DNA of 59,208 bases, counting the filler, from Fonticula-like sp. SCN 57-25 (Eukaryota): the NCBI GenBank assembly GCA_001724245.1. It is 6 parts of 6 records of this genome, joined end to end, with 100 filler letters (N's around TTAATTAATTAA, not from the genome) between each part and the next. Parts side by side here need not be neighbours in the genome. Positions count along the whole stretch, not along the records: positions 9,272 to 18,440 come from MEDX01000268.1; positions 18,541 to 27,679 come from MEDX01000269.1; 4 more parts are not named here. One strand, 5' to 3'. How positions within the stretch are numbered: the stretch's first letter is position 1; each line of letters starts with the position of its first letter. Below the pieces are notes generated by a model. That model made no database searches. It saw only the letters and a program-made list of their open reading frames with translations, and was not told the DNA's origin. A program made the translations under genes and the position numbers. Positions 9,755 to 20,553 of this stretch are shown piece after piece.

Positions 9755-10930
9755 ATGCTTCGCGCGCTGTCGGTGGCCCGCGCGCCGCTGGTCCGCCGCG
9801 CGGCGCTCGCCACGAGCGTGCCCACGGTCCGCATCGACCTCCAGTCTGGCCACTCGTTCTCTGGCACCTCGTTTGGCGCGCCCAAGTCTGTCGCCGGCGA
9901 GCTCGTCTTTTCCACCGGCATGGTTGGCTACCCCGAGGCGATGAGCGACCCTTCGTACCGCGGTCAGATCCTTGTCTTTACGCAGCCGCTGATCGGCAAC
10001 TATGGCGTGCCCCCGTCGAGCACTGACAAGTACGGCCTTCAAGAGTTCCTCGAGTCGCCCGGCATCCAGGCGGCGGGCATCATTGTGTCCGACTATGCCG
10101 CTCAGTACTCGCACTGGAACGCGGCCGAGTCGCTCGCCTCGTGGTGCAAGCGCTTTGACGTGCCCGCCGTGACGGGCGTCGACACTCGCGCGCTCACCAA
10201 GCTGCTGCGCAGCCAGGGCTCGACGCTCGGCCGCCTCGTCGTGGGCGGCAGCGAGGTCCCCTTTGAGAACCCGAACGAGCGCAACCTCGTTGCCGACGTG
10301 TCCACCAAGGAGGTCAAGGTGTACAACCCGAACGGCGATGTCACGATTGCGCTGGTGGACTGCGGCGTCAAGCACAACATTATCCGGTGCCTCGCTGACC
10401 GCGGCGCCAAGGTGGTCGTTGTGCCGTGGGACTATGACGTGTCGCAGGTGGCGTACGACGGCCTGCTGCTGTCGAACGGCCCCGGCGACCCCGCTCGCTG
10501 CGGCCCGACGGTCGACATTATCCGCAAGGCGCTCGGCCGCCGCGAGCCCATCTTTGGCATCTGCATGGGCAACCTGCTGCTCGGCTTGGCCGCCGGGGGC
10601 AAGTCGTACAAGCTGCGCTTTGGCAACCGCGGGCACAACCAGCCTGCGCTCAACACTGTCACCAACACTGGCGTCATCACGTCGCAGAACCACGGCTACG
10701 CCATTGACGTGGCCACGCTCGGCGAAGGGTGGCTGCCGTACTTTGTCAACATCAACGACGGCTCGAATGAGGGTCTGCGCCACGCGAGCAAGCCGTTCAC
10801 GTCGGTGCAGTTCCACCCCGAGTACCGCGGCGGGCCCGAGGACACGGCCGTCCTCTTTGATAGCTTTATGAAGAGCGTTCGCGCGGGCAAGCTCGAGGCG
10901 GCTGATGACGTCATTGCTGCTACGGCGTGA
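9755..10930 (+). CDS. CPA1: Arginine-specific carbamoyl-phosphate synthetase small (glutaminase) subunit, mitochondrial presequence-like N-terminus
   Basis: GELVFSTGMVGYPEAMSDPSYRGQIL, SNGPGDP, GICMG (Cys), TSQNHGY, QFHPE (His/Glu); Arg/Ala-rich acid-free N-terminus; intronless. Confidence 0.96.
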   Translation: MLRALSVARAPLVRRAALATSVPTVRIDLQSGHSFSGTSFGAPKSVAGELVFSTGMVGYPEAMSDPSYRGQILVFTQPLIGNYGVPPSSTDKYGLQEFLESPGIQAAGIIVSDYAAQYSHWNAAESLASWCKRFDVPAVTGVDTRALTKLLRSQGSTLGRLVVGGSEVPFENPNERNLVADVSTKEVKVYNPNGDVTIALVDCGVKHNIIRCLADRGAKVVVVPWDYDVSQVAYDGLLLSNGPGDPARCGPTVDIIRKALGRREPIFGICMGNLLLGLAAGGKSYKLRFGNRGHNQPALNTVTNTGVITSQNHGYAIDVATLGEGWLPYFVNINDGSNEGLRHASKPFTSVQFHPEYRGGPEDTAVLFDSFMKSVRAGKLEAADDVIAATA

Positions 10931-11176
10931 TCGCGCGTAGTGAAACAGTTTTAGTTATTGTAGAACACAAACCGTCTTTGAGTAGCGGACGGCAATATAT
11001 GCATCAGTTATTCATATTATAGTTGTTTGATACATAGAAGAGGCGCAATGAAGATCAATTACAGTTTGTACAAGAGTCTGCTGTCATATTGAGCTAAAAT
11101 GTATATTGCAGTTTGCATGGGCAGAAAAGTATGCGGGTGACCAATGTACAGCGAAAGAAAAGGAAACATGCGATGC

Positions 11177-11852
11177 CTACAGGACGAAAGAGATGACGAC
11201 TTTATTGTGCTGGAGGAGCGTGTTGCCGTTGAAGAGGAATGTATCAGCAAAAATGCGGTCGTCTGGGTTGGCACGCACGCGCTCCTCTGTTACAGCAGAA
11301 TTAGCGACAGCGAACGATGCGGATCATGCGTACCGAGATCGTGGAATCCCGGCGGGATGTCGTACACGAGATCCCACGTGGTGACCGTATTGGGCGCGAG
11401 GCGTCCGTACGCAAACTGAAAGCTCTTGAGCTTTTCCTTGCCGTAAAAGTAGTTTTCGATCAGCCTGACCTCGGCAAAGGGCTGATCGCCGCTCTGCAGC
11501 TTGAGCGAGATGCCAAAGCACTCGAGCCGAAAGAATGATACGCCAAATTCATAATGGAAGAGCTGGTTGCGCGGGATGCTCGCGAGCGTCGTCTGCGTCA
11601 GGCTCGACGGTGAGTCCGGCTGGCTCTTGTCGGTCGGCGCGGGCGCCTCGAAAAACACTTCGCCCGTCGTGAGGTTGCGAAACTTGGCAGCCATGATGAC
11701 GACATGCGGGATCGGGGGGCCGCTTGGAACCACAAACTCTATAGACGCAAAGGGCAAGTTAAAGTGCACAATTTAGCTATGGCAAACACACAAAAGAGGT
11801 TTGTCGTACCATTTGTCGGCTCCAGCAGATCGATCGCCGCCTGCGGGTCCAT
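11177..11852 (-). CDS. UNC119: UNC119/PDE-delta family lipidated-protein carrier (divergent)
   Basis: VRLIENYFYGKEKLKSFQFAYGRLAPNTVTTWDLVYDIP and last exon FADTFLFNGNTLLQHNKV parallel UNC119 FRMIERHYF...LKSFDF.FG...SDSFYFVD...HNKA; two introns. Confidence 0.65.
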
Positions 11853-12237
11853 CGCGCGCCACACGTTAACCAGGGACTGATTCCACCCCAGACTGACCAC
11901 CCCTGCCTTTTGACCAAATCTGCCCCTGACGCAAAGGGGAGCGAAGGAGAACAGGATAATTATGGTATCCATACTGAGATAAAGGGCCATTCTATGGCAC
12001 AATGTGCAGGTCCAACGCAGATACACAGTCATTACTGGTACTGGTTACTATAAGGAACCAACCACAGTACTGACATGTCTATTGACAGGCAGCGCCACAA
12101 CATGTATGATATTGATCAAGTGTATATGAAACATGTTCAAATGGACTATCTTAACTTTCATGTACAGGCAATGTAAATGGGCAAAGTGAAAAACTGTATA
12201 TAATCAATGAATGTACACGATAAGCTCCAATCAATTC

Positions 12238-14219
12238 TCAGCGGCTCCACTGGCGCCCGTCCCCACCCGACGACGACGCGCCCTTCTCCTTCAAGTTCTC
12301 CTTCTTGTACGCAGCCTTTTCACCCGCCCTGCTGTTCTGGTAGCCGGCACCCATGCCACCGCCACCACCGCGGCGCTGCTGACGCTCCTCCTTGCCGTTG
12401 CTGTTGATATTGAGGTTGACGCGCGGCGGCACGGCAAACCCAAAGCCCTTGGCGACGAGCTGCAGGTCGAGCTGGTGCACATTGAAAATGTTCTTGAGCG
12501 AGTGCGACGCGTACGACTGCAGGTACGAGCGGTAGCCCTCGCGCGCCGAGCGGTTCAAGTAATAGTTCTTTTCGACGAGGCGCTCGAGCTGCGACTGCAC
12601 GTTTGACAGCTTGTTGAGCGGGAACTCGTACTCGTTGAGCGGCACCTTCGCCTGCTTGAGGTAGCGCAGAAAGCCGAGCTCGCTCTCGAGCAGGAAAAGA
12701 AGCGCGCGGCCGCTCTTGCCGGCGCGCGCCGTGCGGCCCACGCGATGAACGTACTCGCGCGGGTCATCCGGCGGGTCAAACTGGACAATCCAGTCGACGG
12801 CGGGGATGTCGAGGCCGCGCGCCGCCACGTCCGTGCACAGGAGAACGCCCTGCGTGGCATTGCAAAACTCGAAAAAGGTCGCCGTGCGCTTCTGCTGCTT
12901 GAGGCGGCCGTGAAGGTCGAGCACGGGAATGTCAATGTAGTTGAGCAGCTCGGCGTGGTACTTTACGGCATTGCACGACGACATAAAGACAATAATCTTT
13001 TTGTTCTTCATGTTCTTCTTGATAAAGGTGAAGAGCAGCAAAAAGCGCTTGTCGCTGGGGCACACAACATAGCCCTGCTCGAGGTTGTCGGCGGTCGCCA
13101 TGACGGCCTCATCAGCAACGTTCACGTAGAGGGGGGCCTTGCGGAGCGAAACGCGAGCGAGGTCCTCGACCTTGGTCGTCTGCGTCGCAGAGAACAAAAG
13201 GGTCTGGCGGTCCGTCGGGAGAATGCGCAGAATCTGATTCATTTCCTCTTCGAAACCAATTTCCAAAATACGGTCGGCTTCGTCGATAATCAGCGTCCGA
13301 ACGTTTTTAAAGACAAAGCCGTTCGTGTTCTGAAGATGATCGAGAAGGCGGCCGGGCGTCGCCACGAGAAGGCTCACGCCCTTGGCAAGCTTTTCAGCTT
13401 CCGCTTTCCTGCACCAAGGCGCGTCAGTAACAAGAAAAAGAGCGAAATAAGGCAGGGAAAAGAAAGTCATGGCATGTGTCAGAGGTAAAAAAAAAGTTGT
13501 TTCACGCGGTTTTATCCGCACTCGAAAGTAGCAAATATTACTCAACATCATTCAGAGCCAAAACTTGATAGACAATAACACAAAACAAAAACGCACCGGT
13601 TGGCGCCGCCCATGACGATGCCGAATGTCTGGTGGTGGTAGCGCATGAGCTCAGTGGCGACCTCGTAAATCTGGATGGCGAGCTCGCGCGTGGGCGAGAT
13701 GACGACGATGCCCGTGCCGTTGCGCGGCTTCCACTGAAGGCGCGCAAGCAGCTCGACGGCGGGGATGAGGAAAGCAAGCGTCTTTCCGCTACCGGTCTTG
13801 GCCTGGCCGAGAATGTCGCGGCCGGTGAGGGCCGGCGGCACAGAACGGCGCTGGATCTCAGTCATGGAGGTGAAGCCCATGTCGTTGATGGCGCGGTGCG
13901 TCTCCTCAGACAGCTCGAGCGAGGAAAACAGACCGTCCTGCGTCGAGTCGGCCGCGAGCTCGAGCTCCATGGAGCCAAACGACGACTTGTCGGCGGCGTC
14001 GCCCTTGATGACCGCGGCGGCCTTGTCCTCGTCACCGGCGGCTCCCGGCAGCGGCTCCATCTTCTTGGCCTTCTTCTTCATGGGCGTCTTCTCGGCGGGC
14101 GCCTCAACAGACTCAACAGTCATGTCCTCGGCGTCCTCCTCCATAGCCTCCTGCGCCTTGGCGCGCTTCTTGCTCGACATCGCGCGCTCCTCGGTCGGGC
14201 GCTTGGGGGTCGGTGCCAT
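12238..14219 (-). CDS. HAS1: DEAD-box RNA helicase HAS1/DDX18
   Basis: [60 protein letters not shown]; one intron ~13410-13596. Confidence 0.96.
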
Positions 14220-14373
14220 GCGGGCGAAAGGGAAATCTGTGATTGATAAATCCACCAGCCCTCTTTGATAGGGTCGACACGTGGCGCCCCTAATATCGTG
14301 ACTGTGTCCCTTTTTTCCCGTTGTTTTCCACTTTCCCTCGGCCGACTTTCCAGCGACCGACAGATCACGAACC

Positions 14374-14891
14374 ATGGCCACCGAGCGTACCTACATCATG
14401 GTCAAGGTGCGCGCTCTAGCTTAATTAGCCCTTTTGTGCATTGCTGACAACTTTTTTCTTTTTCCTTGCAGCCTGACGGCGTCCAGCGCGGCCTTGTTGG
14501 CGAGATCATCAAGCGCTTTGAGCAGAAGGGCTACCGCCTTGAGGCTCTCAAGCTCATGCAGCCCACCAAGGAGATGCTCGAGCAGCACTACGCTGACCTC
14601 TCGTCCAAGCCGTTCTTCCCCAAGCTCATCGCCTACATGCTCTCGGGCCCCGTCGTCGGCATGGTCTGGGTCGGCCGCAACGTTGTCAAGTCGGGCCGCA
14701 TGATGCTCGGCGCCACCAACCCCGCTGACTCTGCCCCCGGCACCATCCGCGGTGACTTCTGCATCGAGGTCGGCATGAACATCTGCCACGGCAGCGACAG
14801 CGCCGAGAACGCCGAGAAGGAGATCGCCCTCTGGTTCGCCGACGGTGTCGTCGCCTGGAAGAAGTCGGCCGATGCCTGGATCTACGAATAG
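14374..14891 (+). CDS. NDK1: Nucleoside diphosphate kinase
   Basis: [40 protein letters not shown]; intron 14407-14471. Confidence 0.97.
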
Positions 14892-15206
14892 ACGCCTAGG
14901 CGCCCCGTATCGCAATACACTCTTATGCCCTATGTTTTGCTGTTTTCAATTTTAGTTTGGGCCCACGATGCGCTTGATCATCGCGCAAGCGAGATGCCGC
15001 AGAGATGCCGCAGAGATGCAGAGAGTGACAGAGCGACACCAAGTTCATATGGCATAAACGTTTAATTTCGATGCGGTTCAATAGGCTAAAGGCATCTTTA
15101 CTACACAATTCCGTCACTGCCCACTTGCCACAACACACCACATTGACTAGAGGTATATTCATGCCAAATTATGCCTATCTATTACGTAATGTACACACAA
15201 ACAGAT

Positions 15207-16530
15207 CTACGCCGACTCTTTTGTTCGCCGCCGCTTTGACTTTGCGTCTGCCGCCGCGGCCACCGACGGCGAGCGGTCGTCCCCACTAGGCCCGTCTGGT
15301 GTTGAAGCCGGGCTCGCCGTCGCCGCCACTTCTCCTGGCGTAGTGATGCCAAGGCTGCCGGCGGCGGCTGTGCCAGCAGCAGTTTGCGCGCCAGCCAGGC
15401 CACGTGCACGCTGAGCGTCCTTGTGCTCCTGAAACTTTGCGGCGATAAAGTGGAGGCTGGAGAGCGGTCCGGCGCCGCTGCCGATACTGACAGACATGAG
15501 TTCGCTGAGATTGTTGACGACTTCGGCGATCTAGACAGGAATGTTAGCAGCAGTGAAGGGCGAAAAATACGAGGTAAAGCGCTGATAATGATAAAAACAT
15601 GCAAAACGGACCAATATAGCACATAATGACGTAAAATTGGGGCAAACAATAGAGCTCGATAACGGCTGAAAATGTCAATGTGCCAAACACACATAAACAA
15701 CAACAAAAAATACCTCGAAAGAAATCGCCTAAAATAAAAACAAACGCACCTCGAGGCAGCGCATCATATTTATAGTAATTCCAAATTCGTTTACTGGCGA
15801 CGGCGGGAGTGTAAAAGGCGTCCCTGGATCTGCCTTGCGCATGCGCGCCTCGATGGCAGCACGCGAGAGGAGCTCGGTGTGCTGCTTTGTGTGAAACTCC
15901 CAGAGGTGTATCCGGCCCGACGCGGAGAGGGACACGCGGAGGTGGCCTTTGCAGTGCACCTCGATGTCCGAGTCGAAGCGGTAGATGATGGCCGCGCGCG
16001 GACAGTCAACAAACATCATCCCAGTCGAGTAGTACTCCTTGGCAAACTCCATGGCAAAAAGGACATCGACGACGCCAGAGTCAAATATGACCTTGTAAAA
16101 GCGCGCGAGAAGTGTGGCGCTGAGCTCAAATGTGCGGTTTTCGCCATAGTGTGAATTCCAGAGCGCCAGCTTCATCACGATGCTGTCCTGCGCAAAGCTC
16201 GCCGGGCCGTAAAACGACGAGACGAAATCCTGCCAAAATTCGATCGAGTTGTCCTCGCGGCGCGAAATCCGTTCCCAGTATCTAAAAAGCGTACTAATTC
16301 CCACGGGGCGCCTGTTGTTTCAACAAAGTAAGCAACACGAAAGACAAACGTAATCCCCCCCTCAATCCCGGCACATACATATTATCAGGGGCTGAGGTAA
16401 GCGGCCTCGCCGGCGGACCAGCCGCCGTCACAGCCACTCCGGCCGGCGACGCCGCAGCGGCCTGCGAGTGGTCGGACTGGCCGTCTTGTCCCGACGGCGC
16501 TGCCAGCGCAGGTGTCGGCCCGGCGGACAT
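15207..16530 (-). CDS. LIM-domain-binding (LIM_bind) family coregulator, SEUSS/Mfg1/LDB-like
   Basis: DNSIEFWQDFVSSFY, VDCPRAAIIY, IHLWEFHTKQHTELLSR, PVNEFGITINMMRCLE|IAEVVNNLSELM...GPLSSL; basic NLS-like C-terminus. Confidence 0.85.
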
Positions 16531-16656
16531 TGCAGCCACAGGTACCGTTCAAAGAGGTGCCACTCGCCCGACAACCAGGATTGCTCAACCACGTGGCCAG
16601 GAAGTGCTTGTTCACGACCACAGTTGCTCATCCACGTGGCCAGTCTGCGAGCAGGC

Positions 16657-17649
16657 ATGTCGTCGTCGGTTGGGCTGCTGTCGCTAATTTTCGGCAATGT
16701 GCTGTGCTCGATCGGCGTGATCTTTGCCAACAAGTACCTGTTTGCGACGCTTAACTTTCACTACAGCGCGACGTTGACGGGGCTTCACTTTTTGTGCACG
16801 ACCATCTTTTCGCATGCGCTTGTCGCCGGTGGCGTCGAGCGCGCCGGCGAGCTCGATCGCCGCCGCGTGCTTGTCCTCGCCTTTCTGACGTCGTACGCTG
16901 TGTGGTCACAGAACGTGAGTCTTCTCGTGAACACGGTCAGCATCTACCAGATCGCCAAGCTCTTTGTGATCCCGACGACGGTGGCGCTGCAGTTTGCCAT
17001 GTACCGCCAAGGCATCTCGGTTAAGCTTCAGATCGCGCTCTTTGTGGTGACCGCCGGCGTCGGTCTCACAACGGTCAGCGCAGTGGAAGGCTCTGGCTTT
17101 GGCCTGCTTGTCGCCTTGAACGGCGCGGTGAGCACGGCGCTTCAGCAGCTACTTTACAACGTCATGATGAACGACCGCCGGCTGTCCGGCATCCAGCTCT
17201 ACTACCACATCGGCCCGCTCTGCACATCGCTCATGCTCGTCGGTGGCTTTTTCATGGACAGCCGCATCGCGGGCGACGGCGTCTGGATCACGCAGGCGAC
17301 GATTCCTGCCTACACATGGGTACGCTCTCATTTTTTTTGCTGCGCGGCCCAGTTAACACCTCGTTAGATGTGGGTGGCGCTATCGTGCTGCATGGCCTTC
17401 CCCATGAACTACTCGTCGGCGATGCTGCTCGCCAAGACCAGCGCCGTCACTTTCCAGGTGCTTGGCCACGTCAAGACGGTGCTGGTGTTTGCGCTCGGCG
17501 TGCTCTTCTTCGACAGCAGCATGAACGCGCAGCAGTTTGCCGGCATCGCCGTTGCAATGCTCGGCGTCGTTGCGTACACGCACTTGAAGTCACGCGATGC
17601 GGCGGTACCGACGCCGCTTCCTGTTGTCGCCCCAAAGACGCCGCAGTAG
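16657..17649 (+). CDS. Nucleotide-sugar transporter (SLC35E3/UXT-like, TPT family)
   Basis: SIGVIFANK, TLTGLHF, NVSLLVNTVSIYQIAK, SAVTFQVLGHVKT; ~10 TM; one intron ~17320-17367. Confidence 0.88.
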
Positions 17650-18440
17650 GCGCAGGCGGGTGGCGCTTAGCATGCTATCTGTACTATATTACCATCGACG
17701 TTTATTTATCGACGTATATTCATTGTCGTTTATTATCGTTTATTAGGAATAAAGTCACTATCAATCTATTTTAAAGACTAAATAGGCGGAAGCGCACTGC
17801 AAGCACTCTGCGTGTACTTTACATATTGGCCTGTTGCCACATGCAACTTTTCAAATGCCAGGAATTGTGGCTATTTGACTGCGCCCTTACCGTGCTACGC
17901 AATTACTCTTCCTACCAGTATGGCCGCTCCATCTGTGCCTAGTAGTTTGCTCAACATGATGCCCTAATCAGTACAATGGTGTTGGCTGGAATGTCGCCGC
18001 AGCGGCGGGCACTATTCTGCAAGTTTGAGTTGCACTCTAAAATGCGTACCACCCCGACGAATCTGGGTGGTGATCGATTTTGCCACCATGCTGCTGGCGG
18101 GGTTGTACCAATGTTTCCTGGATCGTAAATGCCAAGGAGCCGATTTGGCAAGTCTAGCAATGTGGAAAGACCCATTGCCGTCGCGTACTAAAAACGGTAG
18201 ACCAGGTGAAATCATAAAGGCAGATCATAAGCAAGGAGCCGCCGGAGAAGACGCGTTCATCATGGACACGCTGCCTTCCAGCAGCAACCCCACCAGCCAG
18301 GCTAGTGGACCTACAGCTAACCAGGCGGTTTAGTTCAAGCGAGTGTTTGTATGCCAGTAAAATATACAATAGGCATTCTTGCATTGATCATGCGTATCCC
18401 TGTGATGAACAATGCCCACACTGTAAAAATAGCAGTTGTC

Positions 18441-18540
18441 NNNNNNNNNNNNNNNNNNNNNNNNNNNNNNNNNNNNNNNNNNNNTTAATTAATTAANNNN
18501 NNNNNNNNNNNNNNNNNNNNNNNNNNNNNNNNNNNNNNNN
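18441..18540. other. Artificial contig linker
   Basis: 44N-TTAATTAATTAA-44N. Confidence 0.98.
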
Positions 18541-18634
18541 TTCCGCATCTTCATATAAATATATTTAGACCACAACACTTTATGCAGAAATGTAATGCAG
18601 TATAGCGAGAATGTACAGAAATGGTTCGTTGTGG

Positions 18635-20349
18635 TTAGGCATACATGTTTAGCACCGACGGGAGCACCTCGATAGTCACCAGGGTCGCGGGCTCGGGCAC
18701 GGCGACGCGGTCCTGGTTGGCGGCCTTGATGCGCGGGACCTTGACGGCGGTCACGCGCGGTTGAATCTTGACCACGTCCACGAGCACCTGCGTGACGCCC
18801 TCCCGCGGCTCGCTCGAGAGCCCCTCGGCGCCGGCCATCTCCCAGAGCAGCCCGGAAACGCCGCTCTCGGCCGAGATGAGGCACAGATCCAGCGCGCCGT
18901 CCCCTACCAGGGCGCGCGGGCACGGCTTGAGGTTATTGATCTCGGCCGGCAGGTTGGCCACGGCGACGCCAAAAAAGGAGCCCGTCACGGTGACCCACGA
19001 CTCGTCCGACGAGTCAACGGTGCGGGCGACGGGGCCTTGCTCTCCAAAGTCAACGCTGAGGGCACGCATGTCGTCCGACATGTCAATACCGGCGCGGGCG
19101 CGCTGCAGACCTACGCGCACACAGGGTGAGAATTGCGCCCGCCGACGTCAAAAAGAGCGCACCCAAGTCAAAAGAAGTCAGCCGCAACTGCGAGGCGCTG
19201 CCGTGCGCCGCCGCCTTGGCGCCCGCCTTGTGGTACGTGATGGTGGCCGTCTCGCCGGGCGTCCCCGCGATCGCCTCCAGGAGCGCGGCGTAGCGCCCGC
19301 CGAGGAAGCCGCCCGTCTCGACCGTGTTGATGGGGCCCCAGCTCACAGAGTCCAGCAGGAACAGGCGCGACGAGCCGTACGACACTGACATGACGTCCAC
19401 CTTGCGCGGCTGGCCGCCGAGGAGCGAGCGCGCACCAGAGCTCACGTCGAGGATGCCGAACCCGCGCGCGATGCGGTTCTTCAGGCCCGTCGGGATGATC
19501 ATGAGCGGAGGCATCGTCGCAAAGGCCCAGTCGTCGCGGCCAAGCAGGCCGTTGATCGTTTCGAGAACAGTTCCGTCGCCGCCGACGATGACGATCGCGT
19601 CGTATTGGATGGCGGGGACGGGCGGCTTAGCGGCGGCAAGCAGCGGGCTGAATACGCGCGCGATCTCCATGGCGTGGCCGGGGAGAGACGTTGTCGTCAC
19701 CTCTAGAATAATGTTGGCGCGGGCCATGAGCGGCTGGAGGTGGTGAATAACCTCTGGTCCGCGACGATCGCCCGCCGCAGGGTTGACGATCACCTTGTAC
19801 CTCCGAGGCACGTGGAGCATCTTTTGTCCTCCTGGGTGCGCATCGCGTCAGCAGAGGGCGCGCATACACAAAAACACATACTCTGAAATGGCTTGCGAGC
19901 AAGCATGCATTCAAACGCGGCCACCCAGTCTTTGCAGTCTTGCAGAGCGACCTCGACCCTACAACAGCACTGTGAGCCCGCGCAAATTAACGGCGCCAGC
20001 TTGCGCACTCGCTCGCCGCCGCTACGAACGTCAGTCGCTTAAAAGCAAATTCCTGCATCTCATCTTGGGCAAATACATTGAACGAAACAACAACATCGAG
20101 ATGAAACGCGCCGGCCTGTGCGGGATCAGCACTCACAGCCACGACTTCCGATATCGGGATGTAGGTCGTTTGCTCTGCGAGCCGAAAATAAGACACCACC
20201 ATCCCTTCGCAACGGCAGAGTTTCGTACCCTTTTCAAGATCTGAGCCTACCTTTGTAATGCTGAGCTGCGAGCATGTCAAAAAGGCCTGCCACTTGTGCC
20301 CAGTATGGTAGACCAGCCCGTCCATTACGACAGCATCGCCACCCGCCAT
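18635..20349 (-). CDS. Sphingosine/ceramide kinase-like (DAGK catalytic domain) with PH-like N-terminus, multi-exon
   Basis: YKVIVNPAAG, YDAIVIVGGDGTVLETINGL, IIPTG, RKVDV, DGALDL motifs; N-terminal exons start MAGGDAVVMDG. Confidence 0.8.
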
Positions 20350-20377
20350 GACTGCGATGGTCGAAAATGGACGTCTT

Positions 20378-20441
20378 TGATTGGTTAACTTTCCAAAAAA
20401 GCCAATAATGATTCGTCGAACCGATCTCCTTGGGCCAATCA
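20378..20441. promoter_or_regulatory. Bidirectional promoter with three CCAAT boxes
   Basis: TGATTGG, GCCAAT, CCAATCA within the ~200 nt between divergent ATGs (20349 and 20554). Confidence 0.5.
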
Positions 20442-20553
20442 GCGCGGACAGGAAGGGCGCTTGTTTACTTTGCTTGGGAAAGACACTTGGCAACCAGCCC
20501 CCACTGCCCTTACCGAGAAGAGAGGCGGCAGCGAGCGAGTCGCAAATTACAGC

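Noticed and set aside
12150-12220. TGTACATTCA and TGTACATGA in the HAS1 3' UTR as Puf4 sites
   Set aside because: Imperfect matches in AT-rich sequence that are expected by chance; not enough evidence alone
17760-18440. Possible transposase remnant (PPAAWWQN resembles a hAT dimerisation motif)
   Set aside because: Only short ORFs, no further hAT motif, no terminal repeats; cannot be supported
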